Source: the human T2T-CHM13v2.0 reference genome, Homo sapiens. From it: a stretch of DNA of 64,000 bases. A model generated the notes under the pieces. The model saw only the letters and a program-made list of their open reading frames with translations, ran no database searches and was not told where the DNA came from. Below, one piece after another: positions 1 through 12,424 of this stretch. How positions within the stretch are numbered: the first letter of the stretch is position 1; each line of letters begins with the position of its first letter. Both the position numbers and the translations under genes were made by a program. The DNA lies in the NCBI RefSeq assembly GCF_009914755.1, contig NC_060947.1; one strand, given 5' to 3'.

Positions 1-1132
1 GACATTACATTCTAATATTGAATGTGCTTTCTGAAACTGCATATCCTCCCTACCCTTCTGAGAATTATTGACTTTGAATTGCATTTCAGTACCATGAAGT
101 CAAAGTCAGTGGTTATTTGCTCATTTGTTCATTCTTTCTTTTCCACCAACATTACGCCTGCAGAGCCAGAGGTGAGTGCAGAAATCCTGTCAATTCGTCA
201 CTTGTGGACAACCTGCAGCTTGCCACAGCCTACAGTTCCACCACTGTGACCTCTGAAAACCTCCTGAACAAAAGGAAGGAGACTTGGAAATCCTGAATGG
301 GCTTGGAGACATTAAGGGAGAACTGCCTCCCTGGACCAAGGCAGAATTCAATAGAACCAGCAAGAAATTTTCCTATGAATGGGAAAGCAGGTGGCAGGGG
401 GCAGGGGTGGAAAAGCTTTGTACAGGAATTGTGGAAAAGCTTTTGCATTATCTCTAGTCTGAAAGTCACATTTCTCAGTTCCTTTCCACTCTCTTCTGTC
501 AACTTGCTGTGAGTAAATGACATCTGTCACCTGTGACACGGGCCAGGGACTATCACCATATGGCCCCCACACATTATCTAGTACCAGCCTGCCTGGGCCA
601 TGCCTTTTCCAGTCACTGTACCAGCCTTTCCAAGTATTTATGGCACGTCGTTGTTATTCTCTCCTCTGTTCCCATCCTCCTGCCTGCAGTAAACCACTGC
701 CTGAACCGTGTTCCTAGGTGGTGCTGATGCTGGGCTGTCTCAAAAGCCCTTAGTCTGTTTCAAAGCTTCCTGCCAATGGCAAGAATGTGGATGATGTGAT
801 TAGAAATCAAATGAATGTAACTGTTACATTGCCAAAATACCATTTAGCTCTCATTTGGCTGCTTTTTCACTTTGGGTGGGCATTATTATCAGTTTGCTCA
901 AAAACAGTGCTTATGAATCTATCCAATGTCCACAATGCTGTTATAGGATAAAAGGCCATTTCTTATTAGTCCAAATAACAGAGTGGGAGACTTTTATTCT
1001 TTTAATTGATTGTGAGGTTCTAAAAGAGATAATTGTAAAAGCAACAACAACAGCAACAGCAATCATGGCTGTATGCTTATTTGAACAAGACTAGAAATGA
1101 GAGCAGAAATTTGAAAAGTTAAAGCATTTGAA

Positions 1133-1151
1133 TGACCACCAGATGGCAGTG
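1133..1151 (+). promoter_or_regulatory. Candidate CTCF binding site
   Basis: TGACCACCAGATGGCAGTG contains CCACCAGATGGCAG, an exact fit to the CTCF core CCASYAGRKGGCRS, in unique sequence. Confidence 0.65.
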
Positions 1152-1975
1152 TGGGGCCACCTGGAAGCTGAAGCCAAAGTCGTCGTTCTGTCTCTCTAGG
1201 CAGCCTCTGAAAGTGTCAGCCCCAAAGAGGCAATTGCTGTAAATGTATAAGGCTAAAGTATCTTATTAAATGATTATAAAATATATTTAAATGCATTTTA
1301 AAAATGAAGTTCATAAGAATTATTTTAGGAAACTGAAAGGTTTACATTTACTCTAATACAAAATTTTAGCCCACAAGTCTTCAAAATATAATTAACTCAG
1401 AGAAGTCTCATAAATCAAGACAGAGAATTAATGACCACATAGAGAAAATTTAAGAAACAATAATTGATTTTTTTAATAGGGAAGAGATCATTAAGCAACC
1501 ACAGCCATTACCCAAATAATTATTTTTCTCCTAATGGCTACAACCATTGTGCATGAAAATGATATGCATAAGTTTCACTTACTCTAGAAGAAGTCAAACT
1601 ATTTTCACAAAATTTCTGCGTGTTAAGGTGAAAAATCTGCTGCTGCTTTTTAATACATCGTGACACAGGTATGGCAAGCGAATTCACAAGGTAATACCAG
1701 AGTATTTTGGGGTGTAAAAAGAGAAATCCATTTTAAAGTTTGAGAATTCTTAGTTTAAAATATACTACAAGAACGAGCCTCTTTATCCCTGCTCTGCCCC
1801 TGTCATAGTGGGAGAATGTGCCACAAAGGCCATATTAATGAGAGGACTGGAAAGAACACAAGGAGATACAAAACCTCAAGTCAGTGAAAAAGTTACATGT
1901 TACATGGGATTTTGGTAAATTCAATGTTCTTTCCCTTTTTCCCTCTAGAATCACAATTTCAAAGATGCTTTAATT

Positions 1976-2023
1976 TCCTCCCTCCCTCCCTGCCTCCCTC
2001 CCTTCCTTCCTTCTTCCCTCCCT
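1976..2023. repeat. (CCCT)n/(CCTT)n polypyrimidine microsatellite
   Basis: Read directly: tcctccctccctccctgcctccctcccttccttccttcttccctccc. Confidence 0.9.
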
Positions 2024-2721
2024 TACTTTCTTCTGCTCTTTCTTGTTTTGATTTACCTCCAAGTGGCAGTAAGTGCTAGCTAGCATTTAAATTCTCTACT
2101 TGGGTGTTTTATATTAAGTTATTTCATTTAATTATATCTATTCAGTGAATTAGTTATGATTACTGGTAATAATAATGTTAATAAAATCAATTTTATGACA
2201 AATGACTTTTGGAAAGTAAAGAATCGTTCCATAATTATGCGTTCTGTAGGTTCTGAGTTTTGCATAACAGGACTGCTTAAATCAGTAGCTACCCTTTTAA
2301 TTAGAGAACAAATTAAATATAAAATCAAGAAAGGAACAAAAGTGAACTCAAAGGTACAAATAAGCTGGTTTGTCTCACTGGTCAGAAAGTTACCAGGACT
2401 TGTCTTGATACCTTATTCTGGGTGAGGAAGGTCTTATTTTTGTCCACTGCAGACACTGGCAGTCTCACCGAGGTTTTTGTTTGTTTGCTTAGCAATTATT
2501 GCCAACTACGTTTTTGTAGCAAAGAGAACTTGTGAAGTTTGCTTCACGTGATTCTTTGCTTAAGTAAATTTGATGGAATAATCAGTGAATTCGGAAAAGA
2601 GAAACAATAAAATCTCCTCATTGGTGTCAGAGAAGAGGCTAAATAACTGCACCCAGGGATGAAATTGAAGTTTTCAATAGGCTCTTATGTTATTGTGCAG
2701 ATAGTCTAAAGGGAAAGTCTT

Positions 2722-2833
2722 TTTTTTATTATTATACTTTAAGTTTTAGGGTACATGTGCACAATGTGCAGGTTAGTTACGTATGTATACATGTGCCATG
2801 CTGGTGCGCTGCACCCACTAACTCGTCATCTAG
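2722..2833 (-). mobile_element. Extremely 5'-truncated L1PA2/L1PA3 (last ~110 bp of 3'UTR plus tail)
   Basis: Reverse complement reads GATGACGAGTTAGTGGGTGCAGCGCACCAGCATGGCAC...CCTAAAACTTAAAGTATAATAATAAAA. It has GAG rather than the L1HS-Ta ACA. An 11-bp TSD GGGAAAGTCTT lies at 2711-2721 and 2836-2846. Confidence 0.9.
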
Positions 2834-2872
2834 AGGGGAAAGTCTTATGAGACCTAGATGTGACTGTCTATA

Positions 2873-3095
2873 GGCAATTAGCTCAGTTGGTCGGACTCTG
2901 GTGCCAATGAGGTTGGAATTATGAGTGCAATCCTACGTATGCTTCTAAGGAGTGCTGGCTACTTAACTAGTCACATGGGGGACCTGTGGAAAGATTGGTG
3001 CAAACCTGTCTTCCTTTCTGAAAAACTAACTCAGCTAATATTCTGTTAGTGATCAGTAGCACTGTTTTTTTCATATGAAGGTCATCAATATACAC
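2873..3095 (+). mobile_element. Ancient tRNA-Ile-derived SINE (MamSINE1-like)
   Basis: Head GGCAATTAGCTCAGTTGGTCGGACTCTGGTGCCAATGAGG aligns to tRNA-Ile(AAT) GGCCGGTTAGCTCAGTTGGTTAGAGCGTGGTGCTAATAACG. Downstream GTCACATGGGGGACC...GAAAAACTAACTCA...TCAGTAGC...CATATGAAGG...TACAC resembles the recalled MamSINE1 body. Confidence 0.65.
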
Positions 3096-4426
3096 CTTAA
3101 GAAATACTTTGCCTATGCACACATACCAGCAAATTTTTGGATTCAGTTAATGTTGTAACAGGCTTGGCATTCTGTAGGCACTAGTCACACGGTTTTGCCA
3201 ATCATTCTTGTTACCAAAATTCAAAAGAGGAAAGACCTGCTCTATAAGATTCAGATTTTGCCAGTGTAGAGGATAGATTATAGATTTGATAAATATTTCT
3301 AGCAAAAAAGGACATGAGGTGGATTCACCAAAGGACTCCTTCCTTTTGCCCTGGCTCCCAAGTGAACTCTGCTTCATCTCCAGGCATTTCCAACTTGGTA
3401 AATTCTCCAGCAACAAACTCTGGGAACTAGTAACATGGTTTGATAATGACATATAACCACTGGCACACTATTTTTGTTTAACTTTGGGGAGGGCGTATCA
3501 GAAAAGTTGGGCATTATTTGGTACCAATAGGGAAATCTGTCATGTGAGCTATGAGCTCCTATGACTTCTCTAAGAACATCTAGAAGCTACCTTGTACTGA
3601 TTACCCTTGAATTCTCAAGGGAAGCCATTTTTCAATTTTTGTAGAAATTAATTTAGGACTGATGAATTCCTAAATGTGTTGAAAGAATAGATTTGGGAAA
3701 CAAGAGGCACTATCTTAGGAGATTAGACATTGAGATAGAGATCAATTACTCTTACTGTCCTCTGGTACCAATCTGGCCAGAAACCATTTTGCTCTGTAGG
3801 GGCTGATGTTTGACAAATGGTTCCTGTAGTGGGATTAAAATATTTTTCTATTATTCCCAGACACAGGCCACAAGCTCCCATTATGGATGCTACTGGAGAC
3901 TCAGTGTACAGAAAAGAGTATTACCAATGAGGCCCCACTACCACCATTCCCGCAGGCTGATTACTTTTGGAAATTAGTCTTCAAATGTATACAACTAAAA
4001 CTTCACTGACTATCCTAACAAAATTAGAATTGCTTATCCTCTGGGTAAAAAGCCCTTTACCAGAGCTGAGTACATTAACACAATTTTATAATTTTCTAGC
4101 TATTTTTCCCTCGGTATGAGCTTTCATAATAATAAAGATAACCTTTTCAAAAGCATGAACAAAGATGTTCAAATGAGGAGAAAGCTAAGCCGTTATTCTG
4201 ACTTTAGTCTGAAAGAGTACTTGGCAGAGTCTGGGACTGGGGAAAATTTTCAGCTGAAAAACAGTTTATCCTTATAAGTTCAACATCTTTTTGTTACTTC
4301 TACAGAACAGAACAGCTGGAACACAGACTTTTCTCCTGCAGGTCCTCACCAAGATGGACAATTAGGGCCATTTTCGATAGTCTCATTCAGAAACTTGAAA
4401 CTTGTCTTTTTCCCCTATGTACTTAC

Positions 4427-4723
4427 TTTTTCTAAGTAGGTATAGCTCCAAATTTTCCCATCAGCCCAAGTTCTTGAAATAATTTTCCCACTCTGGTCAT
4501 ATTCCATTTTTTCATTCCACGTTCCTCTTTGAATAAACGTCACCAATCCCGAAGGTGAATATGTGATGTTCACTTCATTATATCTGCTTACAGGAGACCA
4601 CAGAATGGGTCGCCCAGTCTGGTCATAAAGAATTCGAAGGGTGAATTTTCGATGGTCATCATAGATCTTTCCTGTGCGGGTTATATGATCAAAATCTATG
4701 GAGAGTAGGTTTCTGTTGTGGGC
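4427..4723 (-). CDS. TENM1: Teneurin-1 coding exon (YD-repeat shell), 297 nt, phase 0/0
   Basis: Translates [99 protein letters not shown]. Acceptor ctcatag|GCC, donor AAA|gtaagt. In frame with exon 17422-17657. Missed by the ORF track. Confidence 0.97.
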
Positions 4724-6009
4724 CTATGAGAAAGAGATATGAAATACATTTTAAGCACAGCCTTGTTCCCCTCATTAGAGCACTGACAATCATGAATCCT
4801 TTCCTGATTATCCAACGATAGAGTCTGTCTTGCCTCTGAAGCCTCACGGCTTCACATTCCACAGATGCCACCTGTCTTTATTCCTCTACCACATTGTACA
4901 CTCTCAGAGAGCAGGGCTATGTCTTAAGTACTTGAAATACTCTAGACTCTCAATAGGTGGTTGTTGATTGCTTTTTCCCCAGCTCAAGCCTTAAGTGCAG
5001 TGCCACAGTTTTCAGTAATTATGTGATCTTATTTTATGTAAGTCAGTTGCCTACTAAGGAGTGGGTATTCCTTCACCCTTTTCACCAGTGAAGTGGCCAT
5101 AACATAAAAGGGTGAATTATTTGTGTGATTAGAAATCAGACAAAAGGAATACAGTGAGCCCCCTCTAACTTATACAGATTCCCTTCTTTGGTTTCCTCAT
5201 TCACCTGGGCTTGGAGTTTTATATGATTTCACACCTATTATAGGGGAACTCAGGTTGCCTTGCCCTCTAGTTATGGAATCTCACTTAGCAATACTTTCAC
5301 GGAGGCCTGTAGGTAAATGAACTAAGTGTTGGTAGGTCCCCCAGCATTCACAAGGGCAGCACCACTAACTGTGGTTAAAGCACAGAGTTAAGTTTGGATT
5401 CCAAGTTTAGAAACAGTACTTTCACATGATTCTGGTTCTAGACTTTTTCTACCGTATGGTAGCATTTTCTCTGGGCACCTCAAAACCTTGTAGCAGTCCC
5501 AGAGTGATCCTGATTCAAGGGATCTTGAACTGGATTCCATGAAAGACAGTATTCAACGGTGCCTGACTGATAAAATTCATCTGGGTTCACACAAGATAAC
5601 CAAATAACTAAATGACTTAGTAAAAAAAAAAAAAGTTTAAAAAATCAGCAGTGGGACAACTGACCTGATTTTTTCCACGTTTCAGCTGGTAGTGTCAGTG
5701 TTTGCTAGATCTACCAGTAACTTCTGCTATGGGTAGCTGATTACAACACAATCACTTAGAAAATGCAATCCTCAACTGTTTTTTTTTGTGTGTGTGTGTT
5801 TCAGAAAAAAAAAAGGTGTTCTTGATTTTAGTCATTAAGAGGTTCAGTCCCTGCTGGCCAGTGCACTGAAGAAGGCCCTGTGGAAGAGGGGAGCTTTGAA
5901 GAAGGCATAGGTGGAAAGTGCAGGAAGGAATTTTAAAATTTATTTTATTTTAGCTTAGCTCAGTTTAGTTAAGTTTTAGTTTTAGTGGGTTTTATGTTTT
6001 GTTGTGTTA

Positions 6010-6090
6010 AAACTTTTTATTTTTACATAGTCTGACTCACAAGAAGTTGCAAAAATGGTAGAGTTGCTGTGTACCCTTCACCCAGCTTTT
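6010..6090 (-). mobile_element. Old L1M 3'-end fragment with decayed pentameric T-rich tail (5935-6010)
   Basis: aactttttatttt...actcacaagaagttgcaaaaatggtagag...gtacccttcacccagcttt is typical of antisense L1MC/L1MD 3' ends. Confidence 0.55.
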
Positions 6091-6194
6091 AGGGGACAGA
6101 CTTCTGATTTGGGTGGAGAGAGTCCTAGTGTATCCGGCAGGAACAAAAACAAGAATGAAAAAGGAGAGACTTTGAGGAGTCTAAGTAGCAGTGA

Positions 6195-6395
6195 ACTGCA
6201 GTCAGGAGACATTCAAACTAGTTACTTGTCTGTGCACCAGTCATTTCTTCCATCTGCGCCTTAGTTTTCTTATCTGTGAAACAAGAGTGATGTTACCACT
6301 TTACACCACAAACTTGTGCTAAGAATTAAACGATATTCCATATACAGGTACTTGGTAAGCTGTGAAACAACACTAGTAATTGTTATTTGTATAAC
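6195..6395 (+). mobile_element. MIR-family SINE
   Basis: MIR core cagtcatttcttccatctgcgccttagttttcttatctgtgaaa; boundaries approximate. Confidence 0.6.
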
Positions 6396-6969
6396 ATAAT
6401 GATTACTTTTCTCATTTTATTTAGGCTTGTGAATAGGACCACATTTCAGATTCCAAGGTGATTGTAGCTTAGTGTACTAGATTTATATCGGTAAGAGTTG
6501 TCAACATGATCCTGAATGAAATGTTAAATATCTTGTTAATGAAGGGGAGGAGTGAAACTCACATTAGGATTTGACTACATTAATCATAGTCAGATTAAAC
6601 TGATTCACTAGCTACTCAACTAAACTTGATGTTAATTTTAACTTTTGTGGTCAAGGATCTGTTTAACTATCTGAAAGCTATGCAATGTATCCCAAGAAAA
6701 GTGCATATAAAATGCATATATATTAACATTTTTAATATACTCTTAGGGGGGCTTTGAACCTTTCTGAAAAACCTAAACATAAAACCTTTTCAGGTCTCAG
6801 GAATCCAAGATCAACATCCTGGTTCAGAAAGAGTTTTGATCTTAGAGGTCTGGATGGCTGCAAAGCTAATGCTCTCATACCAGACTCTGGTCTTCCTTTG
6901 TTCAGAATCTTGTGCTCTTTGCTTTAAAAAGTAACCTTTCCCTCCCACCCCCAAATATAAAAGAGATAA

Positions 6970-7710
6970 CTTTTTCATGGCAGAAAAATTAGAAATATAG
7001 AAATGTACAAAGGATATAATTACATGTAATCCAACCATCCAATGAAAATCACTGTTAACACTTCACTGTATTTCATTTCATTTATCTTACTTTTTTGGCA
7101 TAATCTCTGTGCATACATTTAAAACATACAACTAGGATTGTATTTAAAGTTTTGTGTCCTACTTTTTCAGCTAATGTTTTATCTTTAGCATTCCTTGTGT
7201 TATTCAATGTTCTTAAAATATACTTTTTAATGGTTGCATGTCTTACTACATGATAAACATTTATTTATCTATTCTCCCAATTAGAAATCAGAAAGTAGAG
7301 TTTTTGTTTTTCTCTTTCATATTGCATGTTTTGCTGAACATTTTTATAAGTAAATATTTCCATAATACAGAACCCTATGAGTGAAATTACTGGGTCAAAT
7401 GAGACATGTTAAAAGACCCCTGATGCAACCTGAGAGATTACTTTATAGTGCACAGAGGTTGTATAAATTCATACTCCCATTAGCTAGTAGTGGGAGAGGC
7501 TATCTCAGTCCATCCTTACTAGCATTGAGTATTATCAGTTAATTAACTTTTCCCAATATGAGAGTGGGAAAATGATATGCTGCTGTGGCTTAAATTTGCA
7601 TTTATTTGATTACTACTGAGGCTGAACACTTTTTAACATCTATTGGCCACATGTGTATCTTCTATAAATTGTCTGCTCATGATATTTGCCCATTTTTCTA
7701 TTGGGGTGTG
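6970..7710 (-). mobile_element. Old L1ME-type 3' region
   Basis: Diverged antisense L1M hallmarks: gtgaaattactgggtcaaa, gtggcttaaatttgcatttatttgattact, atatttgcccatttttctattgggg. Confidence 0.7.
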
Positions 7711-8562
7711 ACACTTTCCTTTTTAAACCTCTTTTGGTTTCAGTTTCTTCATTGGTCAGCTGGGGCTAATGTTATTTGCCCTTAATTTTGAACTTCTGAA
7801 AAAAAAAAAAAGAAGACCTACCAAATGTTCCATGCCATGAATTGTATCTGGAAGACTAGTGGTTAGATGCTTAAATTATCTGGGGGCAAGTGCCGTTTGT
7901 GTCAGGGGTAGGTTTAATTCAGGGAGTACAACCACAAATTGGGACTCTTGACTCTTTATACCATCTGTGGCCAATGCATGCAGTGTTGTCTTGCATACAT
8001 ATACAGCCACCTGTTGTTATGTGCTTATGTGTTGTTATGTGCACCTAAAAGGTGATAAGAAAAGCGCATATTTCCTGTCTTTTGATACAACGGGCCTGGA
8101 AGCCTATAGGAAACCAGGTGTTCTTGAACTACCCTTCCTGTGGTTTCACAGCCACATATCTCCAACTGTAATACTGTTCATTTACAATAGCTGTAAAATA
8201 TCCATGTACTCCCAGAGATGGTTGTAACTGTTGCAATTTATGCTATAATGATAGTTAAAGAGCCAAAGTAACAAGTGATTTCCAGTTCAACTAAATTTGT
8301 GGTTTTATTTGTCTGATAGATTAAGTTTACTACTCAAGAACACATTTCTTAGTAAAGTCATTATAGCTACATAAGCAGGGATCACTGTTTAAAATCCACC
8401 ACAAAGCAAGCAGAGGACAACTCTGCCTAATGTTCTTTCTCTGCCTGTCAAGACGTCTGCCGCTGTGCTTCTCTGTTTATGGATAATGCACTCTGATATT
8501 CCAGTGCTGCTGAAACACTAGTTTCAAAGTCAGGTTTGGAAGTTAATGTAAAATTCGGCTAA

Positions 8563-9090
<528 letters not shown>

Positions 9091-9934
9091 TGAGAAAGCT
9101 CCACATTCATACAAGTGCTTGCTTTCCTGAAAGATGATAGCCCTTGACCTAAGTGTGGACCATCAATCTTTATTTCCACTCTTGTTTCAGTATTCAATCT
9201 ACACTAATCCTTTCCCTGGAAAAGAGAAGGGGGGGAAAAAAGGATTGAAATTTGGGAATAGCTCCAAGTTAAAAAGGGTATCTTTGGATAGCTGTGCATT
9301 GAATAAAACCTTTGAGTTTGGCAACTGACAGGCTGTGTGGTGTGGTAAGAAAACTGTTTGGTAATAGGTTTTTAATAAGGGAAGATGGATCTACGCTGTA
9401 ATGCATCCTTCGGTTTCCCTTATGTTTTTTTCAGCTATACTAGGAGACAGGCCTGATTGTTGTTCATACTAGGACCAGAGAGGAAAGAGGGAAGAGTGTG
9501 CTCTGGAGAGCCACGAATAGTGTTGCTGGCAGAAATGAAAAGGCCTGTAAAAAGAGGGTATATGGGGAAAAGCAAAGCCCTTTCCTGCTCTTTCTGAGGA
9601 CTTTGTGTTCTAATTGTTCAAGAGAAAATCCTTTCAACCCTTCTGATTTGAAAGTCGTTCAGTTAGAAAAATAACATTGTACTACGTTGATCTAAAGGCA
9701 ATTGGTGATATTTAGCTGTTTTTGACCTACACAAAGGGCAATTTGCTATGGTTCAACCAACTACACACTTGCACACCCACGCCTGTGAATGTGCTGAACT
9801 CTGAGCTATGATCACTGCAGTTGATTTTCTCCCCTCCTTAAGGAGGAGAAGGCTGAATTTTCAAGAACACTGTCACTAGACAACTGTGTTACTTGTTTAA
9901 TTTTTGCTGAAGAAGTTGGAAGGTAAATAAGTGA

Positions 9935-10282
<348 letters not shown>

Positions 10283-10336
10283 TCCTGCATTTAATTTTTA
10301 TGAAGTTGTGAGAATGGATAGAAAAGTCACAGTTGG

Positions 10337-10623
<287 letters not shown>

Positions 10624-11015
10624 AAAAGTCACAGTTGATCTTAAAAAGTACCACATGCTACTTTACTCTCACTAGTTTTAAGGTAATTAGTATTTGATTT
10701 TTAGAAATCAATCACTACATTAATTCCACAGATTTTTTTTTTTTATTGGTATCTCTTGGTAGACAATCAAAAGCTTACTTAAGCCTACTTTTATTTCACA
10801 GAGATGCCTACCAATGAACAGGGCATATGTTCAGTACTAGCATCAGCCTCTAATATTTCACCTGGAATTCCCATTTTTTTCTTTCTTTTTGAAAGAGAAC
10901 TAAACTTACTTTTAAAATAGATGGAATAAATGTATAATTTCTCTAGACATTTTATTCTTTAAAAATTATTTCATATTTAACAAGAATCATTGTATGACAT
11001 TTATGCAGGATTTTC

Positions 11016-11251
11016 TTTTTTTCTTTTTTTTATTTTTTGGTGTATATGTGCTTTATTATTTTAAAATCAACTTTATTTGGATAGTTTACACACAGTAGGA
11101 GTCACCAATTTTAAGCGTACAATTTAATGAGTTTTGACAGTCATTGAATCAGGTAACCACTACCACAATCGTGATAGCATTTCCATCACCCCCAAAACTT
11201 CTCATTTCCCTTTATGTCAATTTAACATCCCCACCAACTGTTTTGTCCCCC
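11016..11251 (-). mobile_element. Poly(A)-tailed retro-insertion containing an old L1MB/MC 3' fragment
   Basis: Perfect 13-bp TSD ATGCAGGATTTTC at 11003-11015 and 11252-11264; T-rich tail at 11016-11038; L1M 3'-end motifs at about 11065-11240. Confidence 0.8.
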
Positions 11252-11524
11252 ATGCAGGATTTTCAATCATTTGTTTACATAGTGATAGATTTCTAGAAAA
11301 GTTTACATGACATCATAATAACCTTTGACACAAAACTGCTTGAGTTAGAAGGAACCCTTCTGTTCACTCTTATCCGACTACCCACTGTAATTTACAATCA
11401 CATACAACTAGTTGTTTCTAATTCTTTTGAAGAATTTGATTCAATAATATAATGTTTTTTACTCCCAAGACACTCCCTTTACTTTGCCAGCATATAGAAC
11501 CTTATCAACAGAGGGGATCTTAGG

Positions 11525-11740
11525 AAATGGGCTTTTGAGCCAGACTGCCTGAATTCAAATCCTGTGATCACTGCTTACTAGCTGTGTGACCTCTCTGTGC
11601 CTCAGTTTCTTCATCTGTAAAATGGGAATGATAATGATAAACCCATCTGGTAAGGTGTTATAAATAGTAAATGAGTTAATATGTGGCAGTATACATGGTA
11701 AGGCTTCAAGGAATGCTAATTGCTGCTGTTATGGTTAATA
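11525..11740 (+). mobile_element. MIR SINE
   Basis: gagccagactgcctgaattcaaatcc...actagctgtgtgacct...ctctgtgcctcagtttcttcatctgtaaaatggga. Confidence 0.85.
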
Positions 11741-12074
11741 CTACCACTAATAATATATTGCACCATCCATGTCCCTCTTTTTATAGATGAGAAAAGTGCA
11801 AAATTATGGGCATACCAGTTCTTCCTCAAAATCATACTCATTTTTCTCACCCAACTTTGGCTATATTATTTACCTTGGACATTTTTTGCACTATGCTAAT
11901 TTGCCCTTGCTTAAGTACTTTGCTGTTGACCAATTCATCTGTGTAACCATACAACAGATATTTAAAATTTTTTTATACCAAATCATTAATGCTCATATAC
12001 AGGTGAAATGGTATATGAAATAATTCTTTCTTTCTAGTTATCTTAGTGAGGTTGATCCAAGATTAACAAAAATA

Positions 12075-12424
<350 letters not shown>

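Noticed and set aside
131-177. Plus-strand pyrimidine tract, CAG and a strong donor GAG|GTGAGT suggesting an antisense micro-exon
   Set aside because: Isolated splice-like words are common and no partner exons or transcript evidence are visible.
2873-2945. Functional tRNA-Ile gene
   Set aside because: The acceptor stem and T-arm/B-box are disrupted, and the sequence continues into a SINE-like body.
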